Positions 27,694 to 36,519 of a DNA stretch of 64,000 nt are shown here, one piece after another (position 1 is the stretch's first letter; every line of letters starts with the position of its first letter). Where the stretch lies: assembly GCA_035501555.1 (NCBI GenBank), contig DATJWA010000001.1, positions 2,202-66,201 on the forward strand. Direction: 5' to 3'. The notes under the pieces were generated by a model. The model did not search any database, was not told the DNA's origin, and saw only the letters and a list, made by a program, of their open reading frames with translations. Made by a program: the position numbers and the translations under genes. Origin of the DNA: Thermoplasmata archaeon (GTDB taxonomy: Archaea > Thermoplasmatota > Thermoplasmata > Lutacidiplasmatales > UBA184).

Positions 27694-29007
27694 CTACGCG
27701 CCCCGGCGGAAGCGGCGGGGCTTCGGTACGGGGGCCTGCGTCTTCGGCGGGTGCTCGCCGATCACCCCGTCCCGTCGCAACCTCTCGAGCTTCTCGGCAG
27801 GGTAGCGGAGGAGGCCCCCGAGCACGGCCTCGTTGTCCTGGCCGAGCCACGGGGCCCCCCGCCACACACCCCCCGGCGTCTCCGAGAACCGGGGGGCGAC
27901 CCCGGCGCCTTTGACGCGGCCCGCCACCGGGTCGTCCCACTCGAGGAACATCCCCCGGGCGAGGTAGTGCGGGTCCCGGGCGATGTCCGCGATGTCGTAC
28001 ACCCGCGAGATCGCGACATCGTGCTCCCGTCCGAGCCGCTCGAGCTCGTCGCGGGTACGGGTCCGGCAGAACGCGGCGATCGCCCGGTCGACCGGTGCCC
28101 GATGGGCCAGCCGGTAATCCCGATCGTCATACTCCGGGTGCTGGAACCCGATGAGCTCGCGGAGCTGCACCCACGCGTCGGGGGTCGGCGCCGCGACGAC
28201 GACCCACCCGTCGGCCGCACGGTGGACGTCGTACGGATGCAGCCGCGGGTGCGCCCGGCCGTACCGGCCGCGCACGACGCCCCGCAGGAAGTAGTCGAGG
28301 GCGAGGTTCTCGAGCAGGATGAAGAAGACCTCGTACTGCGCGACGTCGACCGACTGCCCCCGGCCGGTCCGCTGCGCGGCGAAGTACCCCATCAGCCCGC
28401 CCATCGCGCCGGCGAGGCCGGTGACGGTGTCGTTGAGCGCCGTTCCGCTGCGCATCGGCGGAGCGGGGTCCGGATCGCCCTGCAACGAAAGGAAGCCGCT
28501 GAACGCCTGCGCGGTCAAATCGTAAGAGGGAGCCCGGACGCGGGCGGGCTCACCGGTCTGGCCGTACCCCGAGACGTGGACGATCGTCAACCGGGGGTTC
28601 GCCGCCCAGACCTCCTGGTCCGAGAGACCGAGCCGGTCGTAGGTCCCCGGGCGGGACGACTCGATCCAGATGTCCGACTCCCGAACCAGGTCGAGGAAGA
28701 CGCGGCGTCCCTCCGCGGTCCGCACGTCGAGGCCCACGGAGAGCTTGTTGCGCGAGTACTGCACCCACGACTCGGAGACCGGGTCCTTCTCCGTCGACGA
28801 CGGAGCGAGCGGACGCAGGGTCCGCGTCGCGTCGGCGTACGGGGGCTCGAACGGCGGACCCTCGACGTGGATGACCCGGGCCCCGAACTCCCCCAGGTAC
28901 GTCGCGGCCCACGGTCCGGCGACGAACCGGGCCGACTCGAGGACCCGCAGGCCGGCGAGCGGGCCGTACTCGGGGACCAAGCGGTCGCCCCGGGAAGGAG
29001 GGGACAC
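27694..29007 (-). CDS. Family III CoA-transferase (CaiB/BaiF)
   Basis: GPLAGLRVLE, AGP, GARVIHVE, RNKLS..LD, RPG...RLGL, SGYGQTG, YD..AQA.SG. Confidence 0.92.
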   Translation of the reverse strand: MSPPSRGDRLVPEYGPLAGLRVLESARFVAGPWAATYLGEFGARVIHVEGPPFEPPYADATRTLRPLAPSSTEKDPVSESWVQYSRNKLSVGLDVRTAEGRRVFLDLVRESDIWIESSRPGTYDRLGLSDQEVWAANPRLTIVHVSGYGQTGEPARVRAPSYDLTAQAFSGFLSLQGDPDPAPPMRSGTALNDTVTGLAGAMGGLMGYFAAQRTGRGQSVDVAQYEVFFILLENLALDYFLRGVVRGRYGRAHPRLHPYDVHRAADGWVVVAAPTPDAWVQLRELIGFQHPEYDDRDYRLAHRAPVDRAIAAFCRTRTRDELERLGREHDVAISRVYDIADIARDPHYLARGMFLEWDDPVAGRVKGAGVAPRFSETPGGVWRGAPWLGQDNEAVLGGLLRYPAEKLERLRRDGVIGEHPPKTQAPVPKPRRFRRGA

Positions 29008-29094
29008 GGGCTCGGAGCCGGCCCCGCGTCAATAACCCGGGGGGTTCAGCACTAAACCTCGGCCACCAAATACGCCCTCCCGCTCGAAACGCCC

Positions 29095-29832
29095 ATGACC
29101 GAGGCTCCTTGGGTCCGGTTCGAGGGCGAGAAGTTCCGCGACGAGCTCACGAAGTACAAGCTGGCCAACCATCCGTTCGCGACCCACCCGTTCTTCGCCC
29201 GGCTCGAGCGGGGGGAGGTCCCGAAACCCCTCGTCCAGGCCTGGGTCAAGCAGTTCTACCCGTGGCTCGCCACCGTGCCCATCGCGATGGCCGAGCGGTT
29301 CGCGAACTGCTCGTGGGAGCCGGCCAACGACCGCTACCGGCGGATGATCCTCGACCAGCTGGTCGAGGAGGCCGGCGACCCGAAAGGCAAGGAGCCCGGT
29401 CATCCCGAGCTCTGGCTGCGGTTCTGCGAGGGGATGGGGGTCCCTCGGGCCCAGGTCCAGTCCGCCCCCCTCCTGCCGAGCACCCTGGTCGCGATCGACG
29501 ACTTCCTCTACACGAACCGGGTCAACCCGTTCTACGTCTCCGCGGCCGGCTCGTCGGAGCCCCCGAACGTCCCGCTGTGCGCCCGGCTGCTCCCCGCCTT
29601 CCAGAAGCATTACCACGTCGACGACGCCCACCTCGAGTACTACCGGTTGCACGTGACCGCGGACGTCGAGCACAGCGAGTGGATCGGGCAGATCGTCGCG
29701 GGGTTCGCCTCCTCCCCGGAGGTCCGGCACCAGATGTGGGACCAGATGATGCGCGGGTTCAGCATCCACGCCCTGCTGGTGGACGGGGTGCTCGCGGAGT
29801 GGGACCGGACCGCCCCGCACAAGACTAAATAG
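29095..29832 (+). CDS. Heme-oxygenase-like diiron oxidase (PqqC/CADD/TenA fold)
   Basis: HPF.....GE, EE.G.....GHPELW..F, E in SSEP, and YYRLHVTADVEH (H-x3-D-x2-H): a complete HDO-type ligand set. Confidence 0.82.
   Translation: MTEAPWVRFEGEKFRDELTKYKLANHPFATHPFFARLERGEVPKPLVQAWVKQFYPWLATVPIAMAERFANCSWEPANDRYRRMILDQLVEEAGDPKGKEPGHPELWLRFCEGMGVPRAQVQSAPLLPSTLVAIDDFLYTNRVNPFYVSAAGSSEPPNVPLCARLLPAFQKHYHVDDAHLEYYRLHVTADVEHSEWIGQIVAGFASSPEVRHQMWDQMMRGFSIHALLVDGVLAEWDRTAPHKTK
29826..29831 (+). promoter_or_regulatory. Putative TATA box (TAAATA) of the aro-trp superoperon leader
   Basis: Lies 24-29 nt before the leader ATG at 29855, the spacing seen for leaderless starts elsewhere in the window; overlaps the stop of the upstream gene. 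Confidence 0.55.
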
Positions 29833-29854
29833 GGCTGCGAGGTGGCAAACGCCG

Positions 29855-29926
29855 ATGTCGGACCCCTGTTCGGACCGCCGCCGTTCTCGGGCGGGCCGGA
29901 CGGCCGTCCGCACCTGGCTCTGGTGA
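29855..29926 (+). CDS. Putative Trp-sensing leader peptide MSDPCSDRRRSRAGRTAVRTWLW* (23 aa)
   Basis: ATG 29855; TGG-CTC-TGG-TGA at 29915-29926; GAGGTG SD-like element at 29839-29844; sits directly upstream of the Trp pathway operon. Confidence 0.65.
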   Translation: MSDPCSDRRRSRAGRTAVRTWLW

Positions 29927-30025
29927 ACGGGAGGCGCCGGGAGGGCGCCCCCCCGACGTGCCCTGCACGGTGGCGGGCTCGCTCCCCCCGGCGTCTTCCT
30001 CTACGTTGAACACGGAGGGAAAACG
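29927..30025 (+). promoter_or_regulatory. Putative attenuator: alternative anti-sequester and SD-sequester hairpins
   Basis: 29929-29947 pairs with 29980-29999 (13+5 bp). Alternatively 29996-30006 pairs with 30012-30020, covering SD GGAGGGA. Confidence 0.6.
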
Positions 30026-30778
30026 ATGTACGGAAAAGCGATCCGACTGCGCCGCCTGTTCCCGAACCCGAACCGCCGGCTGTTCTCGGTGCCGCTCGAC
30101 CACGCGGTGACGATGGGCCCGATCGAGGGCCTCGAAGAGCTGGCCCCGCTCGCCGAGGAGCTGCAGGCCGCGGGGACGGACCTCTTGATCGTCACGAAGG
30201 GGGCGGTGCGCGAGGTCGCACCCGTCCTCGCCCCGACGACCCTGCTCGGGATCCACGTCTCCGCCTCCACGGCGCTCGGCCCCCGGGTGAACCGGAAGGT
30301 CCTGGTCGCGAGCGCGGCCGAGGCGGTCGGGCTCGGCGCGGACGTCCTCTCGCTCCAGGTGAACTTCGGGGTGCCCGAGGAGCCGGACATGCTCACCGAC
30401 CTCGGGGTGGCGGTCGACCAGTGCCGCCAGCTCGGGCTGCCCGTGCTGTGCATGGCCTACGTCAAGAAGGAGGGGGGCGGCACGCCGGAGGAGCTCCGCC
30501 ACGCTTCCCGCGCCGCCGCCGACCTCGGGGCGGACATCGTGAAGACGAGCTACCCCGGCTCGCTGGAAGAGTTCCGCCGGCTCTGTCGCACCACGCCCGT
30601 GCCGGTGCTCATCGGCGGCGGGGTGCGGGTCGAGCCCGAGTCGGCCTTCCTGCGGCTGGTCGAAGAGTCGGTCACCGCCGGCGGCGCGGGGATCTGCATC
30701 GGGCGAAACCTGTTCCAACGCCGCCCCGTCGGTCCCCTGGCCCGCCAGATCGCCGCGCGGCTGCACGGAGCCTCCTAG
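30026..30778 (+). CDS. aroA': 2-amino-3,7-dideoxy-D-threo-hept-6-ulosonate synthase (DhnA-type aldolase)
   Basis: GK.IRL.R, VPLDH.VTMGPI.GL, GADIVKTSY, GG and GRN.FQ; first gene before AroB'. Confidence 0.85.
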   Translation: MYGKAIRLRRLFPNPNRRLFSVPLDHAVTMGPIEGLEELAPLAEELQAAGTDLLIVTKGAVREVAPVLAPTTLLGIHVSASTALGPRVNRKVLVASAAEAVGLGADVLSLQVNFGVPEEPDMLTDLGVAVDQCRQLGLPVLCMAYVKKEGGGTPEELRHASRAAADLGADIVKTSYPGSLEEFRRLCRTTPVPVLIGGGVRVEPESAFLRLVEESVTAGGAGICIGRNLFQRRPVGPLARQIAARLHGAS

Positions 30779-30793
30779 GAGGAGCGGCGGGCG

Positions 30794-31822
30794 ATGTCTC
30801 GAGAGCGGGTCGCGATCCGTCCGCGGTCGGGGGACCCGGACCGTCGGACCGCGATCCTCGAGCGAGCCCGTCGTCGGGGGTTCCGCCGGTTCGTCCTCCC
30901 CTCCCACCCCCCACCGGTGGCCGCGCCCGGGGAGACGATCTTCCTCGAGCACGAGGGCCGGCTCGAGGTCGGCGAGCCGGGCCCCGAGCTGCCGATCTGT
31001 CGGATCGACTCGGAGGAGGAGCTCGCCCGCGAGGTCGAGCGGACCCCCTCCGGCGGGACCCTCGTGATCGAGTGGACCGCCGACCGGGTGATCCCCCTCG
31101 AGAACGCCATCGCGGCGCGGGGGCACCGGTTCTCGTTGTGGGTCGTTGCCCGCTCTCCGAGCGAAGTGCCGGGGGCCCTCGGCGCGCTCGAGCACGGCGC
31201 CGACCTGGTGATCGTCGACCTGCGCGGCCCCGAGGAGGTGGACGCTCTGGAGGCCCTCGTCGAGGGCCCGCTGCCGTCCCACCTGGCCTGGGTCGACCTT
31301 CCGATCGTGCACCTCGGCCCCGCCGGGCTCGGGGACCGCGTCATCGTCGACACGACCTCGTTGCTCCGTCCGGAAGAGGGGCTCCTGGTCGGCAGCGCCG
31401 CGGGGTTCCTCTTTCTCGTCACGAGCGAAGCCCTTGGCTCGAAGTTCAGCCGGCCCCGGCCGTTCCGCGTGAACGCGGGCGCCGCCCACTCCTACGTCCT
31501 GCTCGCGGACGGCTCGACCCGCTACCTCTCCGAGCTGGCCCCGGGCGACGCCGTTCTCGTCACCCAACCCGGCGGCGGGGCGCGCTCGGTTCGCGTCGGT
31601 CGCATCAAGATCGAGCGGCGCCCCATGGTCGTCATCACGGTGGACGACAACGGGCTCGCCCGGACCGTCTTCCTGCAAGAGGCGGAGTCGGTGCGGCTCT
31701 CGACCGAGAACGGCCCCCGCACGACGACCGACCTGGCGGTCGGCCCGAAAGTGCACGGGGTCCGCCTGCCACCGGCCCGACACCTCGGGCGTACGGTCGA
31801 GGAGACGATCGAGGAGCGATGA
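30794..31822 (+). CDS. aroB': 3-dehydroquinate synthase II
   Basis: VIPLEN.IA, LE.GAD, GDRV.VDT, EGLLVGS, RPFRVNAGA.HSY, GRIKIERRP, ARHLG..VEETIEE. Confidence 0.93.
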   Translation: MSRERVAIRPRSGDPDRRTAILERARRRGFRRFVLPSHPPPVAAPGETIFLEHEGRLEVGEPGPELPICRIDSEEELAREVERTPSGGTLVIEWTADRVIPLENAIAARGHRFSLWVVARSPSEVPGALGALEHGADLVIVDLRGPEEVDALEALVEGPLPSHLAWVDLPIVHLGPAGLGDRVIVDTTSLLRPEEGLLVGSAAGFLFLVTSEALGSKFSRPRPFRVNAGAAHSYVLLADGSTRYLSELAPGDAVLVTQPGGGARSVRVGRIKIERRPMVVITVDDNGLARTVFLQEAESVRLSTENGPRTTTDLAVGPKVHGVRLPPARHLGRTVEETIEER

Positions 31823-33339
31823 ACCCGGCGGGCCCCGCCCTCGTCGTCACGCTGCCGGCCCGCTCGGCCGCCGTCGCCCGCGAGGAGGCCCTCCGAGCCC
31901 AGGAGGCCGGGGCTGACTACGCCGAGGTTCGATTCGACCGGTGGCCCCCGGCCGAGCGCGACCGCGCCCCCACGCTCTTCCCCTCCCCCCTCCCGCTCGT
32001 GGCGACCCTTCGCTCCCAGGCCGAGGGCGGAGAAGGCCCCGACGACCCCGACGAGCGTCGGTCGATCCTCTCCGGGCTGGGCCGCCTACCGTTCGCCTAC
32101 CTCGACCTCGAGACAGCACGCGACCGGGCTCCGCGGGAGCTCCTGCAGGCGACCGGGACGCCGCCCTTGGGTCGAACGATCCGCTCGACGCACCTCCCCG
32201 CGGGGAGCTCGCTCGACCTCATTCTTCGGACCCTCCAGGAGTCGGTCGAACCCAACGAGGTGCGCAAGGTGGTCGTCCCCCTTCCGACCGGGGTCGCCGT
32301 GACGGAGCTTCTGCCGACCCTAGCATCATCCCCGATGGCCCCGGGCCACCTCCTCCTTACGACGGGCGGTTCGGGTCCCCTCCTCCGAGCCTTGGGGAAG
32401 CGCCTCCGACTTCCGCTGGTCTTCTCGGCCCCGGCGCTCGATACCGCCTCGCCCGGGCTGTTGCCGGTGGAGGAGGCCCAGCTTCCCGTGGACCAGCTGC
32501 GTCGCTACTTTGACGCCCCGGGGGAACCCCCGCTGTTCGCGGTCCTCGGCCACCCGGTCCGTCACTCGCTGAGCCCCCGGATCCACGCGCGTTGGATGGC
32601 GGCCACCGGGCAGGTGGGGCTGTACTTCCCGCTCGAGATCGTCTCCGAGGAAGAGCTGCGGGCGACGATGGCTCGCCTCGGCCCGCTCGGGTTCCGGGGC
32701 CTGAACGTCACGCATCCCTGGAAGGCCGCCGCCCTGTCGCTGGCCCTACGCCCTTCATCCACCGCCGCGGAGTGCGGAGCCGCCAATTGCCTGTCGTTCG
32801 CCGCCGACGGGATCGTCGCCGACAACACGGACGTCGCCGCGGCCCGCCGCCGGCTCTCGGAGCTCCGCTCCCAGGAGAAGTGGGCCGGGGACCGGCTGAC
32901 CGTCCTCGGCGGGGGCGGGGCCGCTCGCGCCACCCTGGCCGCCGCCCGGAGCCTCGGGGCCCGGGCGACGGTCGTGGCCCGCCGACGCCATGTCGCCGAG
33001 GAGGCCGCTCGGACGTTCGGCGCGGAGGTCGGCGACCCGAAGCACCCCGTCCCGGCCCTGTTGGTCGTGCAGGCGACGAGCGCCGGCCACGACGTCCATC
33101 ACCCGCTCGAGCTTCCTCTGCCGCAGCTGGTCCAGCGGGGAGGCTACGTCCTCGACTGGGTCTACGGCGGGACCGACGCTTCCGTGGCTCGGGACGCACA
33201 CCGAGCCGGGGCGGAGTACGAGGGAGGGGAGCGGCTCCTCGTCTACCAGGCGGCCGCCAGCTTCGAGGCCTGGTGGGGACAGGCTCCGCCGACGCCGGCG
33301 GTCGACGCCGTGCTCCGGGAGGTCGGATGCGCGGCCTAG
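31819..33339 (+). CDS. aroDE: Bifunctional type I 3-dehydroquinate dehydratase / shikimate dehydrogenase
   Basis: N-terminal EVRFD, TLRS.AEGG, DLE and STH; C-terminal G.PV.HSLSP.IH, GLNVT.P.K, AAN, NTD and GGGGAA. Confidence 0.88.
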   Translation: MNPAGPALVVTLPARSAAVAREEALRAQEAGADYAEVRFDRWPPAERDRAPTLFPSPLPLVATLRSQAEGGEGPDDPDERRSILSGLGRLPFAYLDLETARDRAPRELLQATGTPPLGRTIRSTHLPAGSSLDLILRTLQESVEPNEVRKVVVPLPTGVAVTELLPTLASSPMAPGHLLLTTGGSGPLLRALGKRLRLPLVFSAPALDTASPGLLPVEEAQLPVDQLRRYFDAPGEPPLFAVLGHPVRHSLSPRIHARWMAATGQVGLYFPLEIVSEEELRATMARLGPLGFRGLNVTHPWKAAALSLALRPSSTAAECGAANCLSFAADGIVADNTDVAAARRRLSELRSQEKWAGDRLTVLGGGGAARATLAAARSLGARATVVARRRHVAEEAARTFGAEVGDPKHPVPALLVVQATSAGHDVHHPLELPLPQLVQRGGYVLDWVYGGTDASVARDAHRAGAEYEGGERLLVYQAAASFEAWWGQAPPTPAVDAVLREVGCAA

Positions 33340-34172
33340 GACGCTCGTCGGCCGCGATCTCGGTCGTCAACGCGCTGGCCACCGGCATCGGCTGCGCGGT
33401 CGGGGTCCGACTGTACGCGGCCGCCTCCCTCGACCTCGAGCCCGCGGCCACGCCGGGGCTGGTCGTCGAACCCGCGGAGTCGGGGACTCCGCTGGTGCGA
33501 GCCTCCGTGGAGCGGGCGCTAGGCGCGGCGGCCCCGGGGAAGGCCTTCTCCGCCCGGCTCCACCTGGACTCGGAGATCCCGGTGGCGAAGGGTCTGAAGA
33601 GCTCGAGCGCGGTGTCGACCGCGGTCATCCGCGCGGTCGATCGGGCCCTCGGGACCGAGTCCACGGACCTAGACGTCGCGGCGCTCGCGGCCCGGGTCGG
33701 GCGGGAGGTCGGAGTGAGCGCGACCGGCGCGCTCGACGATGCGTTGGCGAGCCTGGTGCCCGGCTTCGTCGTGACCAACAATCGAGAGGACCGCCTGCTC
33801 CTTCGCGCTCCGGTCGACCCGGAGTGGACGGCCGTCGTCCACGTTCCGCCGGGCACTCATCCCCCGTCGGCCGCTGTTCGGGAACGCTTCCACCCCTGGG
33901 GGCGCGAGGGCTCCGCAGCCGCCGAAGCCGCCCTGCGGGGAGAGTGGGCCGACGCGATGCACCGGAACACCAGCCTCGTCGAGCGCGTCATGGGGTACAA
34001 GTACGCGGGTCTGCGCCACCTGCTCGCCGGAGCCGGAGCGGTGGCCAGCGGGGTCAGCGGGATGGGGCCCGCCCTGGTCGCGCTCGCTCCCCGGCACCGG
34101 GCGGCCGGCGTACTGGCGGCCATGCCCCCCGAGCGGTTCACGGTCCCTCTCTGCACGGAGGCTCGTCCGTGA
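33327..34172 (+). CDS. aroK: Archaeal shikimate kinase (GHMP family)
   Basis: AISVVNALATG.G.A, SEIP...GLKSSSA, VS.TGA.DD, SG.GP. Confidence 0.92.
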   Translation: MRGLGRSSAAISVVNALATGIGCAVGVRLYAAASLDLEPAATPGLVVEPAESGTPLVRASVERALGAAAPGKAFSARLHLDSEIPVAKGLKSSSAVSTAVIRAVDRALGTESTDLDVAALAARVGREVGVSATGALDDALASLVPGFVVTNNREDRLLLRAPVDPEWTAVVHVPPGTHPPSAAVRERFHPWGREGSAAAEAALRGEWADAMHRNTSLVERVMGYKYAGLRHLLAGAGAVASGVSGMGPALVALAPRHRAAGVLAAMPPERFTVPLCTEARP

Positions 34173-35437
34173 CCGGCATCCGGGTGTACCCCGGTAGCGT
34201 GCGCGGACGGGTACGCGCCCCTCCGTCGAAGAGCTACACCCATCGCGCCCTGGTCGTCGGCTACCTCTCGGGCCACCCGTTCCGCGTCGAGCGACCGCTG
34301 GACGCGGACGACACCCGGCGAACGGCGGAGGCGATCCGTCGGCTCGGTGCCTCGGTCACTCGAAGGGACGCGAGATGGACGGTAAAGCCGGGTAGGCCCC
34401 CTCGAACGCGACGTGTGTCGGTCGACTGCGGCGAGTCCGGAACCACGCTGCGGTTCGCCGTCGCGCTCGCGGCCCGGCAAGGCACTCGGGTCCGGTTCAC
34501 CGGCCGGGAGCGCCTCGGACAGCGGCCGATGCGCGCGCTCCTCCGCGGCCTCCGCTCGCTCGGCGCCTCGATACGGGTCTCCAAGCACGGTCTGCCGCTC
34601 GAGGTTAGTGGCCCGATCCACGGTGGCCCCATCACCCTGGACGCCTCCGTGAGCTCCCAGTTCCTCTCCTCGCTCCTCCTCGCCTTGCCGACCCTCGAAG
34701 GGGACTCCCGTATCGTCCTTACCGGCCCCGTGGTCTCGTCTCCGTACATCGACGCGACCCTAGCCGTCCTCAACCACCAGGGCGTCCGGGTCGCACGCCG
34801 CGGTCGCTCTTTCCAGATCCCCGGGGGACAGCGGTTCCGGGGCCGTTCGTTCCGCGTGCCGGGTGACGCATCCAGCGCGGCTTACCTCTGGGCCGCCGGA
34901 GCGGTCGCCGGAGGACCCGTTCGGGTAGACGGGGTCCCCCCCGCCTGGCCCCAGGCGGACCGAGCGGCGACGGAGCTGCTCGCTCACGCCGGCGCGGCCG
35001 TCCGGGAGATCGGCAGCTCCGTAGCGGTCGGTGCCGGCCGTCCGCGACCGTTCACGGTCGACCTCACCGATTCACCGGACCTGTACCCGCTCGCGGGCGT
35101 GCTGGCGGCGCTCACCCCCGGAACGAGTCGGCTGAGGGGGGCCGCGCATGTGGTCCACAAGGAATCCGACCGCCGGGCCGGGACCGCGCGCCTCGCCCGG
35201 GCCTTCGGGGCCCGCGTCCGGACGAATGCTGGAGGACTCACGATCGAGGGGACCGACTCACCCCGTCGTGTCTCCCTCACGGACCTCACCGACCACCGCC
35301 TTCTCATGAGCGCGGCCGTCGGGGCCTTGAGCGCGGACGGCCCGAGCCGGCTCGGCCCGGCCGAAGCGGTGGAGAAGTCGTTCCCCGGTTTCTGGGATTC
35401 GATGCGGGCGCTGGGGGCGGAGGTAGAGGGACCGTGA
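34169..35437 (+). CDS. aroA: 3-phosphoshikimate 1-carboxyvinyltransferase (EPSP synthase)
   Basis: PPSKSYTHR, CGESGTTLRF, SSQFLS, PGD.SSA, KESDR, DHR..M, KSFP.FW. Confidence 0.93.
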   Translation: MTGIRVYPGSVRGRVRAPPSKSYTHRALVVGYLSGHPFRVERPLDADDTRRTAEAIRRLGASVTRRDARWTVKPGRPPRTRRVSVDCGESGTTLRFAVALAARQGTRVRFTGRERLGQRPMRALLRGLRSLGASIRVSKHGLPLEVSGPIHGGPITLDASVSSQFLSSLLLALPTLEGDSRIVLTGPVVSSPYIDATLAVLNHQGVRVARRGRSFQIPGGQRFRGRSFRVPGDASSAAYLWAAGAVAGGPVRVDGVPPAWPQADRAATELLAHAGAAVREIGSSVAVGAGRPRPFTVDLTDSPDLYPLAGVLAALTPGTSRLRGAAHVVHKESDRRAGTARLARAFGARVRTNAGGLTIEGTDSPRRVSLTDLTDHRLLMSAAVGALSADGPSRLGPAEAVEKSFPGFWDSMRALGAEVEGP

Positions 35438-36519
35438 TGCAGTTCGGGGAGCGGTTGCGGATGACGATCTTCGGTACGAGCCACGGCCCCGAAGTCGGAG
35501 TGGTGGTGGAGGGTCTCCCGGCAGGGACGCCGGTCGACCTGGCGGCGGTCCAGCGGCAGCTCGACCGGCGCCGGCCGGTCGGCCGTCGCCTCGCCACCAA
35601 GCGTCAGGAGGAGGACCGGCTCGTCGTGGACCGGGGGGTCGTCGACGGGGTCGCGGACGGAACCGAGTTCCGTGCCCACGTGGCCAACGAGGACGTCCGG
35701 CGGGAACCGTACGACCGGCTGAAGGACGTCCCGCGTCCGGGGCACGCCGACTTTCCGGCGCGGGTCCGCTACGGGGCCGAGGCGGACCTGTCGGGCGGCG
35801 GCATCTTCTCGGGCCGGATGACCGTCGGGCTCGTGATCGCGGGCGTGCTCGCCGAAGGTCTCCTGGCTCGGCGCGGCATCGGGGTGGCCGCGTTCACCCG
35901 GTCGATCGGCGCGGTCGACGCGTCCGTGCCGGACGACCTCGACCTCTCCTCCCTGCGCCGCCTCGCCTCCCAGAACGAGGTGGAGAGCCCGGACGCGGCG
36001 GCGGCGGTCCGCATGGAGGCCGCGATCCTCGAGGCTCGTCGCGAGGGCGACAGTCTCGGCGGGGTCGTGGAGGTGCGGGCGGTCGGCCTGCCGGTCGGCC
36101 TCGGAGAGCCGTTCTTCGACTCGGTCGAGAGCGTGGTCGCCCACGCCCTGTTCTCCATCCCGGCGGTCAAGGCCGTGGAGTTCGGGGCGGGGTTCGCCGC
36201 CGCGAGGATGCGGGGCAGTCAGCACAACGACCCGTTCATCCTCGAGGGCGAACGGGTCCGCACGAGCTCGAACCACGCCGGAGGGATCCTCGGGGGGCTC
36301 ACCAACGGCATGCCGCTCGTCGCCCGCGTCGCGATCAAGCCGACCGCGTCGATCGCCCGGCCGCAGCGTTCCGTCGACCTCGTCCGTCGGACCGAGACGA
36401 CCGTGACGGTGACCGGGCGGCACGACCCGTGCATCGTGCCGCGCGCCGTGGGCGTGGTCGAGCACGTGACCGCGTTCGCGCTCGCCGACCTCGGGCTCCG
36501 CGGGGGGTTCCTTCCGTGA
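35434..36519 (+). CDS. aroC: Chorismate synthase
   Basis: FG.SHG, RPGHAD, GGG.FSGR.T, GDS.GG, SN.AGGILGG, KPT.SI, GRHDPC. Confidence 0.95.
   Translation: MMQFGERLRMTIFGTSHGPEVGVVVEGLPAGTPVDLAAVQRQLDRRRPVGRRLATKRQEEDRLVVDRGVVDGVADGTEFRAHVANEDVRREPYDRLKDVPRPGHADFPARVRYGAEADLSGGGIFSGRMTVGLVIAGVLAEGLLARRGIGVAAFTRSIGAVDASVPDDLDLSSLRRLASQNEVESPDAAAAVRMEAAILEARREGDSLGGVVEVRAVGLPVGLGEPFFDSVESVVAHALFSIPAVKAVEFGAGFAAARMRGSQHNDPFILEGERVRTSSNHAGGILGGLTNGMPLVARVAIKPTASIARPQRSVDLVRRTETTVTVTGRHDPCIVPRAVGVVEHVTAFALADLGLRGGFLP

Noticed and set aside
29095..29832. Annotation as pqqC or as the CADD pABA synthase
   Set aside because: No pqq cluster nearby, and the sacrificial Tyr/Lys positions appear substituted; left as an unassigned HDO.
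29927..30025. Classical intrinsic terminator attenuator
   Set aside because: No U-tract follows any hairpin (only TCTTCCTCT); SD sequestration fits better.
30421..31818. Apparent 466-aa N-terminal extension of AroDE (972-aa ORF)
   Set aside because: Overlaps aroA' and aroB' in another frame; the real start is the ATGA overlap at 31819. Similar false extensions occur for aroK, aroA, ask, trpE, trpC, trpF and the GNAT at 8800.
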